DNA of 63,635 nucleotides. It comes from an uncultured Candidatus Obscuribacterales bacterium (GTDB lineage Bacteria > Cyanobacteriota > Vampirovibrionia > Obscuribacterales > Obscuribacteraceae). The translations under genes and the position numbers were made by a program. Location of the stretch: positions 1 to 63,635 of the forward strand of contig CAZRMH010000001.1 of assembly GCA_964600935.1 (NCBI GenBank), written 5' to 3'. Positions 1 through 9,313 of this stretch are shown here, piece after piece (positions within the stretch are counted from its first letter, which is position 1; every line of letters starts with the position of its first letter). The notes beneath the pieces are model-generated. The model was not told the origin of the DNA. It searched no databases and worked only from the letters and a program-made list of their open reading frames with translations.

Positions 1-569
1 CACGCGCCTTCCCGAGTAGCGCTACCCATTCCTCAAATTTTTCCGGATTGATCTCCGGTCCGGCAAGATCGATACCGACGACCGGTCCTAAATTATCTTC
101 TGCACACTTCAAGATCGCTTCGTTGATCTCCTTGGGCAATCTGCGATCGAGACAAAGAATTTGTTTGACTACGATCGGATAATCGGCAGGTCTAACATTC
201 GCACTAATCACTTCAACAACGCCGTTCATCTGCCCGAGCCGCTTTTCGACCGAGTCCTTGTGATTGGTTCTGAAGTACGGGTTATACCTCAATTCCATGT
301 ACTGCAAGTTCTCGAATGTGTATGCTCCTCGACACAATCGTAGACAGAAATATGGTAGATGTTCCACACTCTGCAATTCCTCAACGAGCGAGTGAATCTT
401 CACAAACTCTTCCAGCGTTCTACATGGACGCGTAAACCAACTATAGAATCCGTCGTAGTCTGGAAAATAGTTCAGAATCGCATGATCATTTTTTTGAAGA
501 AACTTGTAGATAATGCGGGGATGCAAGGCACCGCCTAGATGTCTGTGCAAATCTGCATACAATGCCATT
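1..569 (-). CDS. adenosine/AMP deaminase-family metallo-amidohydrolase, N-terminal part (cut by the window edge)
   Basis: Reverse-strand translation from the ATG at 567-569 reads MALYADLHRHLGGALHPRIIYKF... and stays open to position 1. DLHxHLxG is the metal-binding motif of adenosine-deaminase-type amidohydrolases. It is absent from the ORF track because it runs off the window. Confidence 0.55.
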
Positions 570-835
570 TCAAAATTACCTCATGGTTTCCATACGAATT
601 TTTCCCGTATGCACGACTTTTAGAACACTGACGTACTGGTAGCGCGAATTGAGATGCAGTTACCGGTTACACATATGTGCCCAGTATTGCGATCCGCGGA
701 CGCTAACAAAATTTGTTTGCGACTGGGTACGTATATACCAAGTAACTCGATCGAGTTATCAGACCATATCGTCGCAATTCACAGCATCCGGACTTCGATT
801 CGTGATCGATGTGAAGGCGTGGAGAATAATCGGCG

Positions 836-1522
836 GTGAATCAACAAGCAAAAATTTCGATGACTAAACGAATTGCAAGCAAGCTTTCGATCTGTTTGCT
901 TGCAGCGCTGTGTTTCTCAGCAGTAAATGTGAACGAACTTTTCGCAGATGAAGATCCGGTAGTGCGCTTAGACACTTCTAGAGGACCGATTTTCATTCGA
1001 GTGTTGCGATCGATGGTTCCATACACGGCCAGTAATTTTCTCAATATAGTGTCCACCGGTTTCTATTCGGGCAAGACTTTTCACCGCATCGAGAATTGGT
1101 GTATTCAGGGCGGCGACCCGAATGGAAATGGAACAGGAGCATTCGTCGATCCGAGTACCGGACAACCTAGATACATTCGACTCGAAATCAATCGCAACTT
1201 GAGACACTCCGCCGGAGGTGTTGTGGCGATGGCTCGATCAGCCAGCGAAAATTCCGCGAGCTGTCAGTTTTACATTTTGAAATGTCCGATGTTTCAACTC
1301 GACGGCAAATATGCAATCTTCGGCCGAGTTGTCGGAGGTATGAACGCAGTCAACGCTATGCGTCGCGGTGACGTGATTCAATCAGCAACGATCTTGCAGC
1401 CTGGTCCATCCAATCAACAAGGCGGTCCATCACAAGGTGGCGGACAAACAAGACAACGACCTCGCAACGAACCACTCGTACCTTATGTTCCACCAGACAA
1501 AATAGAAGACAGCGGATTCTGA
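836..1522 (+). CDS. cyclophilin-type peptidyl-prolyl cis-trans isomerase, probably exported
   Basis: 228 aa with FHRIENWCIQGGDPNGNGTG and SCQFYIL cyclophilin motifs and a hydrophobic N-terminal signal-like segment. The GTG start at 836 is uncertain; ATG at 860 is an alternative. Confidence 0.85.
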   Translation: MNQQAKISMTKRIASKLSICLLAALCFSAVNVNELFADEDPVVRLDTSRGPIFIRVLRSMVPYTASNFLNIVSTGFYSGKTFHRIENWCIQGGDPNGNGTGAFVDPSTGQPRYIRLEINRNLRHSAGGVVAMARSASENSASCQFYILKCPMFQLDGKYAIFGRVVGGMNAVNAMRRGDVIQSATILQPGPSNQQGGPSQGGGQTRQRPRNEPLVPYVPPDKIEDSGF

Positions 1523-1548
1523 TCAAGGCACCCAGAGTTCAAAGTGGC

Positions 1549-2184
1549 TCAATCATCGAACTTACAATTCAACTGAATCGCTTCGTCGAGCTTACGTTTA
1601 TATGCGCTCTTCGAAATAAGTTTCGCGCTAAACGTTCCAAGATGGTCTGTCATGTATTGAGAATCGAGAAGAATGAATTTTCTTTCTCTCATTCTTTCAA
1701 CGAGATGGACAAGACTGACCTTGGAAGCATCAGTGACTAAGTGAAACATACTCTCGCCCATGAAGGCACCGCCGATGGCGACTCCATATAAACCACCGGC
1801 CAACTTACCATCGTGGTAAGCCTCGACTGAATGAGCAAAACCCATTTCATGAAGTCGTGTGTAAACGTTGATGATGTCCTCTGAAATCCAGGTGCTACCG
1901 TGCACGGTTCCACACAATCGGATCACTTCATCCCAGGCCGAGTTGACTCTCATTTCAAACTTTCCACTTCGATAGGTTCGCATCAAACGTTTCGAAGCAT
2001 GGAAGTCATCGAGATCGATTATGCATCGTGGATCAGGCGAATACCAATTGATCGTTCCATCGTCGTTGCCCATTGGAAAGATCGCCTGCGTATAGGCAGC
2101 GATAACGAGCTGAGGAGTAAACGGTTGATTCATAAGCTTCAATTGCTTCAGGAGGGTTCGAAAAAATTCGGCTATTTTTTTCAA
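1549..2184 (-). CDS. aat: leucyl/phenylalanyl-tRNA--protein transferase
   Basis: 211 aa. AYTQAIFPMG...INWYSPDPR, TWISEDII..YTRLHEMGFAHSVE and GESMFH match the layout of E. coli Aat. Confidence 0.85.
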   Translation of the reverse strand: MKKIAEFFRTLLKQLKLMNQPFTPQLVIAAYTQAIFPMGNDDGTINWYSPDPRCIIDLDDFHASKRLMRTYRSGKFEMRVNSAWDEVIRLCGTVHGSTWISEDIINVYTRLHEMGFAHSVEAYHDGKLAGGLYGVAIGGAFMGESMFHLVTDASKVSLVHLVERMRERKFILLDSQYMTDHLGTFSAKLISKSAYKRKLDEAIQLNCKFDD

Positions 2185-2194
2185 GGCGCTCGAC

Positions 2195-2626
2195 TCAATT
2201 CTTACCCATTTTTTCTTTTTGTGAAGACTTGGTTTTGCTCTTCGACTCGACTGCAGGAGTAAGACTACGAAGATAGGCGATCAGATCTTTCATCTGCGAC
2301 TCGCTGATCACGTCGACGTTAAAACCAGCCATGCTCGTGCCTGTAACACCCTTGCGAATGACTCTCTCTATCTGGGCGTCCTTAGGATACTTTTTCGCGA
2401 ATGATTCGCCTCTCAGTGGCTTGCTGGGGCGAACTGAGTTGAGTCCACCCTTATGACAATCAACGCAAGTCAGCGACTCGAAAATTTCTTGTCCCTTTTT
2501 TGCGTCCCCGGAATTGGACGACAAACATGGCGCCGCGAAAATCGCGAAGGCAATTAGAAGTAGGAAACTGCTGATAGTTGTCCGGCTCATGTCGGACATC
2601 TTAGCGAAAAATGCGGAAATTTGCAC
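2195..2626 (-). CDS. small c-type (class I) cytochrome, exported
   Basis: Single CVDCH heme-binding motif, a downstream Met ligand candidate (GTSMAGF) and an N-terminal hydrophobic signal. The true start is possibly an internal Met. Confidence 0.75.
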   Translation of the reverse strand: MQISAFFAKMSDMSRTTISSFLLLIAFAIFAAPCLSSNSGDAKKGQEIFESLTCVDCHKGGLNSVRPSKPLRGESFAKKYPKDAQIERVIRKGVTGTSMAGFNVDVISESQMKDLIAYLRSLTPAVESKSKTKSSQKEKMGKN

Positions 2627-2652
2627 GGCGACCGTGTTTGATCGATAGAGAT

Positions 2653-3198
2653 CTAGGCTAAGAGATTTGGTTTATAAACCTTGAAGGAAAACTCGATGCC
2701 GTTCTCCGTTTCAATTTCAGACGACGACACTAATTGGAAGTATTGTTTGTACTCGGGAAAAAATGTGTCACAGTCATAACGATGTCTGATTTCAGTAAGA
2801 TGCAACAAGCCAATTCTCTCGTGCTGCATCGCCTGGTTATAGATCTCGGCACCGCCGATGATGAAGACTCGATCGACCGGTCCCTGAATCAGAGTATCGA
2901 AAGCTTCATCGATCGAGGCACAACGAAAAACACCCTCAGGCAAAACATAATTCGAATTGCGAGTAAGCACGACATTGTAACGACCTGGTAGAGGTCGATA
3001 ATTCGGAGGAATCGACTCCCATGTTTTCCGCCCCATGACCACAGCATTGAACAGACCCTCCTCAGACGTGGTCGTCGTGATCCGTTTGAAATTTTGCAAA
3101 TCTTGCGAGAGGCGCCAGGGTAGCTGATTATTTTTGCCAATACCGCGATTGAGATCGCAGGCAACTACCATGTCAAATCTGTCATTCATTGGTTTCAA
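2653..3198 (-). CDS. folA: dihydrofolate reductase (long, eukaryote-like type)
   Basis: GIGKNNQLPW, ITTTTSEEG..VVMGRKTWESIP..RPLPGR.NVVLTR, IIGGAEIY and DTFFPE. Lies directly downstream of thyA. Confidence 0.85.
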   Translation of the reverse strand: MKPMNDRFDMVVACDLNRGIGKNNQLPWRLSQDLQNFKRITTTTSEEGLFNAVVMGRKTWESIPPNYRPLPGRYNVVLTRNSNYVLPEGVFRCASIDEAFDTLIQGPVDRVFIIGGAEIYNQAMQHERIGLLHLTEIRHRYDCDTFFPEYKQYFQLVSSSEIETENGIEFSFKVYKPNLLA

Positions 3199-3271
3199 AA
3201 ATTTCCGTGACGAGTCTGCGATATTTTATCCTGATCGCATCTCATTACAATTAGGTCTTCGACGATCTGTG

Positions 3272-4090
3272 TCAAACGGATACAGGGAACTTAATGAATC
3301 CCTGATGAACATAATCGTGCAATTGAAAATCTTCGTACTGCAAGTCGAGAAGCGGTTTGTCCGCAATCGTTACTCGCGGCAACGCGCCCGGTGAACGAAG
3401 CAACTGTTTTTCCAAGCCGTCTAAATGGTCGAGATAAATATGCGCATCGCCGAATGTATGCGTAAAGATTCCTGGTGTGAGATTGCACTCATGCGCAACC
3501 ATCATCAAAAGCAAAGCATAACTGGCGATGTTGAAAGGCACACCGAGAGCCATATCGGCGGAGCGTTGATAGAGCTGCAGATCCAGTCGACCGGTTTGCG
3601 AAACATAGAATTGAAACATCATGTGACATGGAGGCAGAGCCATCTTGTCGATGTCGGACACATTCCATGCTGAGACAATCAGTCTTCGCGAATCAGGATT
3701 GTTTTTGATCTGATCGACAACGTTTTGAATCTGATCGATGTGACCTTTTTTAAATGACTCAGTTTGTGGATCCCAATCGAACTTCGGCCATTTTCGCCAC
3801 TGATATCCATATATAGGTCCGAGTTCACCGCTCTCGTCGGCCCAGGCATTCCAAATCGGCGTGTGTTGAACGAGATCATCGTTGATGTTGGTGGAGCCGC
3901 GGAGAAACCAGAGCAGCTCTCGCAAAACACCATCGAACTTTACTTTTTTAGTCGTCAGTAGTGGAAAGCCTTCGCGCAAATCGTATTTAGCCTGCAAACC
4001 GAACATCGAAATTGTTCCGGTACCAGTTCTATCTTCGCGTCGCTCGCCGTTTTCCAAAATATATCGAACAAGATCTAGATACTGCTTCAT
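3272..4090 (-). CDS. thyA: thymidylate synthase (ThyA type)
   Basis: [26 protein letters not shown]... with the catalytic [12 protein letters not shown] motif. 272 aa. Confidence 0.95.
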   Translation of the reverse strand: MKQYLDLVRYILENGERREDRTGTGTISMFGLQAKYDLREGFPLLTTKKVKFDGVLRELLWFLRGSTNINDDLVQHTPIWNAWADESGELGPIYGYQWRKWPKFDWDPQTESFKKGHIDQIQNVVDQIKNNPDSRRLIVSAWNVSDIDKMALPPCHMMFQFYVSQTGRLDLQLYQRSADMALGVPFNIASYALLLMMVAHECNLTPGIFTHTFGDAHIYLDHLDGLEKQLLRSPGALPRVTIADKPLLDLQYEDFQLHDYVHQGFIKFPVSV

Positions 4091-4477
4091 TTAAATGGAC
4101 CTCAGCATCTCTGCACAATGTCTCCAAGAAATCGATCAGGCTAATTGAAAGTCGCACGGCGACCGGATTTCCTTTTCTCCTCTATACGATATCACGACAT
4201 CTGAAAAAGAAAAGCATCAACATAACGCGCACCACATTGGACCCCGGTTCGCTTGACAATAAGAACTTGCAGAGGTTCCTGGTTGAAACTCAAGCATACC
4301 GAAGCGGCTCTGGCAGCCGCGAAGGTTTACCAGGCAAGCATGCGAGGTTTCTTTTCAAAATTGAACATGACGTTACTAAAACTATAAATCTAGGATGAGC
4401 AAAACCGGTTTAGAGCAAAATGCCGAGTAAGCTTTGTCAATTGTTCGCGCGCATCTATAGATATTGGAGAGTACGAA

Positions 4478-6028
4478 ATGCTGACAGAGTTTCGCAATGA
4501 ACCTTTTACTGATTACAGCCAGAAGGCAAATGAAGATGCCATGAGAGCGGCAATCAAAAAAGTCAGATCGGAATTTGGCAAAACCCATCCCCTGATCATC
4601 AACGGCAAGGAAATCAAGACTGACGACTTGATGACTTCGACAAATCCTGGCGATCCCAAAGAAGTAGTCGGAAAATTTTCCAAAGCGTCGGTGAAAGAAG
4701 CTGAAGACGCGATGGAAGCAGCAGGTAAAGCTTTCGAATCATGGAAGTTGGTTCATCCGCACGAGCGCGCAAGATACTTATTTAAAGCGGCTGCAATCAT
4801 GAGACGCAGAAAACATGAGCTATCCGCATTGCTCTGTTTGGAAATTGGAAAAAACTGGGCTGAAGCTGATGGCGATACGGCCGAAGCAATTGATTTTTGC
4901 GAATTCTATGGTCGTGAAATGATGAGACTGAGTCAGCCTCAACCACTCACGGCATATTCCGGTGAAGAAAACGAATTGAGTTATATCCCAATGGGAATCG
5001 GTTTGATCATTCCACCTTGGAATTTCCCGCTCGCCATTCTTGTCGGCATGACTACTGCAGCGATCGTCGCCGGCAACACAGTGCTGGTGAAACCATCGAG
5101 TGAAACTCCAATGATCGCATACACATTCTGCAAAATTATGGAAGAAGCGGGATTGCCTCCCGGTGTATTGAACTTTGTTCCTGGACCTGGTTCTTCAGTT
5201 GGCGATTATCTCGTTACTCACAAGAAGACACGTTTCATCGCATTCACGGGCAGCAAAGAAGTTGGTTTGCGAATCAATGAACTGGCAGCAAAACCACAGC
5301 CCGGTCAATTGTGGATCAAACGCGTCGTAGCCGAGATGGGCGGTAAAGATTCGATCGTCGTCGACAGCGAAGCAGATCTCGATAGCGCCGCCGATGGTAT
5401 CGTCGCTGCAGCCTTTGGATTCCAGGGACAAAAGTGCAGTGCTTGTTCGAGAGCGATCATCGTTGCTGATGTTTACGACGAGATGGTCAAAAAGATCAAA
5501 GAGCGCACCGACAAATTAGTTGTCGGCGCCGCCGAAGAGCGCGACGTAAACATGGGTCCGGTCGCCTCGAAATCAGCCTACGAAAGCATTCTTTCTTACA
5601 TTGAAGTCGGCAAGACAGAAGGAAAAGTGGCTTCGGGTGGCGGTGCCGTCGAAGGCAAAGATGGTTTCTTCATCAAACCGACAGTTATCACTGATGTAAA
5701 ACCGGATGCCAGAATTTCGCAGGAAGAAATCTTTGGACCAGTACTTGCTGTCATTAAAGCGAAAGATTGGACCGATGCGCTTGATATCGCCAATAATACC
5801 GAATTCGGTTTGACAGGCGCAGTCTACTCGAAGAACAGAGCGCACATAGAACAAGCTCGCCGCGATTTCCACGTAGGCAACCTCTACTTGAACAGAAAAT
5901 GCACCGGCGCATTAGTCGGCGTCCATCCATTTGGCGGCTTCAATATGAGCGGCACTGACTCTAAAGCTGGTGGCAAAGATTATTTGCTACTTTTCATGCA
6001 AGGCAAGTCAGTTTCAGAACGTTTCTAA
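4478..6028 (+). CDS. rocA: 1-pyrroline-5-carboxylate (L-glutamate gamma-semialdehyde) dehydrogenase
   Basis: 516 aa and near-collinear with Bacillus RocA as I remember it (EPFTDY..., AEMGGKD, FGFQGQKCSACSR, NRKCTGALVGVHPFGGFNMSGTDSKAGG). Confidence 0.85.
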   Translation: MLTEFRNEPFTDYSQKANEDAMRAAIKKVRSEFGKTHPLIINGKEIKTDDLMTSTNPGDPKEVVGKFSKASVKEAEDAMEAAGKAFESWKLVHPHERARYLFKAAAIMRRRKHELSALLCLEIGKNWAEADGDTAEAIDFCEFYGREMMRLSQPQPLTAYSGEENELSYIPMGIGLIIPPWNFPLAILVGMTTAAIVAGNTVLVKPSSETPMIAYTFCKIMEEAGLPPGVLNFVPGPGSSVGDYLVTHKKTRFIAFTGSKEVGLRINELAAKPQPGQLWIKRVVAEMGGKDSIVVDSEADLDSAADGIVAAAFGFQGQKCSACSRAIIVADVYDEMVKKIKERTDKLVVGAAEERDVNMGPVASKSAYESILSYIEVGKTEGKVASGGGAVEGKDGFFIKPTVITDVKPDARISQEEIFGPVLAVIKAKDWTDALDIANNTEFGLTGAVYSKNRAHIEQARRDFHVGNLYLNRKCTGALVGVHPFGGFNMSGTDSKAGGKDYLLLFMQGKSVSERF

Positions 6029-6043
6029 ACTGAAAATTCACCA

Positions 6044-6061
6044 GCACCATATATGGTATCG
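6044..6061 (+). repeat. 18-nt motif GCACCATATATGGTATCG (contains the perfect palindrome ACCATATATGGT); second copy at 12716-12733
   Basis: Read directly. It lies 16 nt after the rocA stop. The other copy lies 25 nt after the stop of the 12191-12691 ORF and matches 17/18 positions. Confidence 0.4.
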
Positions 6062-6100
6062 CGCGTCGGTTTCAACAAACAGGCGCGCGAATTCCTTTGT
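6059..6100 (+). terminator. possible rocA terminator hairpin
   Basis: TCGCGCG (6059-6065) pairs with CGCGCGA (6084-6090) across a roughly 14-18 nt loop, followed by ATTCCTTTGT. The U-tract is weak. Confidence 0.35.
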
Positions 6101-6287
6101 CCCGAGAATTATTCATTCGCTCTAAGAATCCATCAAATATAGGTTTGTCATGAGCAATTTCGACTGACAATTGTTCACGATAATGCCTGACATCCACGCC
6201 AATTAACCCGTTCTGCTAAACTACATAGCGAATTTCGTTCACTTAGTAGTCCGAATAATTCGGAGATAGACCTGGTGGGAGGCATAG

Positions 6288-6725
6288 ATGGTTGAGTCGA
6301 TTCAGCTCATCCGACAAATTGCGGTTCGAGCAATAGTCACTGAAAACTTCAAAAACCAGGTCAGCAACGAGATCCAGAGAAATCTTCAGCAAATCGATGC
6401 TGAATTACAGCAACTTGAATTCAAGGGCAAACGAGCAATCTCTGAAATAGAAAAGCGTTCGCAGGGTCAAATGACCGCAGACGCTCGCGTTCAAATTGAG
6501 ACCATTCGTGGTCAGGTTGAACAAGAAAAGATGCGTTTGCTGCAATTGAAAGAAGAGATGATGGGTCAAAACCAGGCGCTCACCGAACTTCCGATTGGCA
6601 GCGTCGTCACGCAATTTACAGTTGAAAATCCGGTTGAAGTACGGATTGGCGAAAACATCTTCCAGCGCCTCGAAGGCGGCGAGATTCTAGTTAAAGACGG
6701 AATCATCCAGGAAATCAGAATCTAA
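6288..6725 (+). CDS. YlqD-like coiled-coil protein
   Basis: 145 aa. The pattern TENFKNQ...LQQLEFKGKR...LPIGS...VEVRIGE...ILVKDGIIQEIR resembles Bacillus YlqD from memory. Confidence 0.5.
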   Translation: MVESIQLIRQIAVRAIVTENFKNQVSNEIQRNLQQIDAELQQLEFKGKRAISEIEKRSQGQMTADARVQIETIRGQVEQEKMRLLQLKEEMMGQNQALTELPIGSVVTQFTVENPVEVRIGENIFQRLEGGEILVKDGIIQEIRI

Positions 6726-6730
6726 AGAGT

Positions 6731-6765
6731 GAGGCGGTTCAAAAGAACCGCCTCTTCTCTTTTCC
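6731..6765 (+). terminator. rho-independent terminator
   Basis: GAGGCGGTTC-AAAA-GAACCGCCTC (10-bp perfect stem) followed by TTCTCTTTTCC. Confidence 0.75.
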
Positions 6766-6831
6766 GGATTCGAGCGTGGTGTGCTTGAACGCGGGATGAC
6801 TGAACTAGTGTTTCGCGAAAAACGCTGAGCT

Positions 6832-7857
6832 CTATTCTTCCAAGTAGTCTTTCAATTGATCGCTCGCCTGAGACTGCCTTAAGAAGCGAAGTGCTTTAAG
6901 CTCGATCTGTCTTGTACGTTCGCGCGTGATGCCGACCAGTCTTCCGACTTGTTCGAGCGTGCGCGGCTTACCGTCGTTTAAACCGAAGCGCAAGATCAGC
7001 ACTTCGCGCTCGCGAGGCGTTAGCACGGACAAAACCTTGCGGACGTCATCCGACATCAGACGCAACGCAGTCGAATCTTCCGGCGTTTTTCCGGATTCAT
7101 CTTCTACCAGCTCGGCAAGCGTATTGTCATCGTCTTCGCCATATGGTGTGTCGAGAGACAATGGCGAGCGATTGGCGGCGAGGATATCTTTCACTTTGGC
7201 AAGCGAGATACCCATCTCTTTAGCCAGCTCTTCCATCGAAGGTCGACGATCGAGCTTCTGAGACAGTTTGCGCGTCGCTTTTCGCAAATTGTTGATGGTC
7301 TCGACCATGTGCACCGGCACACGGATCGTTCTTGATTTGTCGGCAAGTGCACGAGTAATGCCCTGCCTGATCCACCATGTGGCGTAAGTGGAGAACTTGT
7401 AACCGCGCTCCGGATCAAACTTTTCAGCAGCTCTGATCAAGCCCAGGTTGCCTTCCTGAATAAGATCGAGGAACGGCAGTCCGCGATTCTGGTACTTTTT
7501 GGCGACGCTGACCACGAGTCGCAAGTTAGCTTGCACAAGCTTCTTCTTTGCCATCTCGTCGCCGGCTGCAACACGTCGTGCCAGCTCGATTTCTTCAGGT
7601 GCAGTCAGCAATTTGACGCGACCAATTGAGCGCAGGTAGAACTGAACCGGATCTTCCGCGGTAGCTGGTGAGGGTGCGCCAGCACGCCGTCTGGTTCTTA
7701 CAACAATTGCGTCGTCGGCCGTATCATCGTCGAAATTGGAATCATCGTCATCAGACGAATTCGCAGCAAAATCTGCGCCGACGAATGAGGGCATGAAATC
7801 ATCCAGACCGAGGTCATCAGTCATTGGACTGTAGTTTTGGGTTGCTCTTCTTGCCAT
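6832..7857 (-). CDS. rpoD: RNA polymerase primary-like (group 1/2) sigma-70 factor
   Basis: 341 aa with an acidic N-terminus. [19 protein letters not shown], region 2 ([16 protein letters not shown]), and regions 3 and 4 ([12 protein letters not shown]...[17 protein letters not shown]). Confidence 0.9.
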   Translation of the reverse strand: MARRATQNYSPMTDDLGLDDFMPSFVGADFAANSSDDDDSNFDDDTADDAIVVRTRRRAGAPSPATAEDPVQFYLRSIGRVKLLTAPEEIELARRVAAGDEMAKKKLVQANLRLVVSVAKKYQNRGLPFLDLIQEGNLGLIRAAEKFDPERGYKFSTYATWWIRQGITRALADKSRTIRVPVHMVETINNLRKATRKLSQKLDRRPSMEELAKEMGISLAKVKDILAANRSPLSLDTPYGEDDDNTLAELVEDESGKTPEDSTALRLMSDDVRKVLSVLTPREREVLILRFGLNDGKPRTLEQVGRLVGITRERTRQIELKALRFLRQSQASDQLKDYLEE

Positions 7858-8165
7858 TACTGTGTCCGTTTGTAGTTTCTAACTACTATTTAGGGGTGAG
7901 AGAAACGTCCTTAAAGGGGATAGGACGCGAACCTTCCGCCTTTGTTAACAGGCGGTTAACTCAATTTGTCCGAACCCATAGATTGGGGTGACGCCCTCCT
8001 TATTAAAATGTTCCAACATGGTGCTTGATAACCGGGTTTTCCCTAGATCTAAATTTCAGCGTGTTACCTTTGTGATCAGAGGAGGTAACCAAAGCCGCAA
8101 ACGCTCTCCTGTCAATGCTTTTGAGCGTCGGTTTCAAAACGGTTTCAATGCCTGGCACGACATCA

Positions 8166-8191
8166 AACTTCAACCGATATCGGTTGAAGTT
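8166..8191. repeat. 26-nt perfect palindrome AACTTCAACCGAT|ATCGGTTGAAGTT
   Basis: Read directly; 13-bp arms with no spacer. It lies in the 462-nt gap between the ccsA stop and the rpoD start. No U-tract on either strand. Confidence 0.5.
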
Positions 8192-8319
8192 ACCACCCCG
8201 GAAAACGCGTGCAGAGTCTGCGAAAACAGTTCATTTACTGAACGTCGCACAGCAAAGGCAAAACCGCCCGGTTATTTACTATCTTCCCAAAATCCCATCA
8301 AAAGCCACAGAACGTGGAT

Positions 8320-9312
8320 TTATTTGAACTGACCGTAACTATGCAGACCACCAAACCCGAGAGTATTAAAACCAAGGTAAGTGAGAAGTGTGAGCAACAG
8401 ACCGATTACGGAGACAAGCGCCAGTTTCTCCGAGTTCATCTCGCGATAGACGCGTAAGTGAATGTAGGCGGCATAGCTCAGCCATGTGACAAGAGCCATA
8501 GATTCTTTCGGATCCCACGACCAATAGCTGCCCCAGGCGTGGTTCGCCCACAGTCCACCAGTGATGATGCCGATGGTAAGAAGAGGGAACCCTATGGCGA
8601 TACATCTATAGCTAACGTCATCATAAGTATCGGCAAGTTTGGCGTTCACCTTCTCGGTATTGATCATGCTCAGTAACTTGAAGGCGACGACCACGCCGGC
8701 GATGCTGCCGCCGACAAACAAGAGCTGGAGCCAGAGTACGCTTACACTTGTGAAAGTGCCAAGGGCGATTGCGCTGACGGCAAGAAGTATTGTCACCGTC
8801 GCGGCAATAAGCGATTTTCTTCGTCCTGCAGCAAAGAGCTGAAGCAGCCCGGATAGACCGGAGAGGAAGAACATGGCGTAGGAGACGATTAGAGGTGGAA
8901 CGTGGATCTGCCTCCAGTAACTGACCAACGCAGGCACAAGTGGTGTGATGTCGTGTTGATTCTGCGGCAACCAGCTACCGTAGAGGAAAAACGTTGCAGC
9001 CGTTAGACTGGCTAACCATGCCAATTGTTTGATGCCATATGCTTGAGAGACGTAGAGATATCCACCCATGGTCGCCCAGGCAAACCAGAGTAGCGACTCG
9101 TAGAGATTAGCCAGAGGGAAGCGTTGCGCCTCGAATCCGCGTGCGACAATCGCCACCGTAAGTGCGAGGAAGCCGACGACCAGCACCCAGGAGGCGATTT
9201 TAATCATCAGGTCGCGTCCGCGCTTCACTCCGTTTGAAGCGACAAACACCCAGAATGACATCACCGATGAAATTCCAGCCGTGTTAGTTAGCGCGATCTG
9301 CAGATCCGACAT
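8320..9312 (-). CDS. ccsA: cytochrome c biogenesis protein CcsA (System II heme handling)
   Basis: Polytopic, with the WGSYWSWDPKE tryptophan-rich (WWD) motif. Adjacent to ccsB. Confidence 0.9.
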   Translation of the reverse strand: MSDLQIALTNTAGISSVMSFWVFVASNGVKRGRDLMIKIASWVLVVGFLALTVAIVARGFEAQRFPLANLYESLLWFAWATMGGYLYVSQAYGIKQLAWLASLTAATFFLYGSWLPQNQHDITPLVPALVSYWRQIHVPPLIVSYAMFFLSGLSGLLQLFAAGRRKSLIAATVTILLAVSAIALGTFTSVSVLWLQLLFVGGSIAGVVVAFKLLSMINTEKVNAKLADTYDDVSYRCIAIGFPLLTIGIITGGLWANHAWGSYWSWDPKESMALVTWLSYAAYIHLRVYREMNSEKLALVSVIGLLLTLLTYLGFNTLGFGGLHSYGQFK

Positions 9313-9313
9313 C

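Noticed and set aside
4012-4398. 128-aa + strand ORF spanning the thyA start and the thyA-rocA gap.
   Set aside because: It overlaps the thyA N-terminus antisense and has no motif or SD. It is likely spurious.
7988-8332. 114-aa and 70-aa + strand ORFs in the rpoD-ccsA gap.
   Set aside because: Composition is basic/Ser/Arg-rich, there is no SD, and they run into the ccsA 3' end. I treat the region as non-coding.
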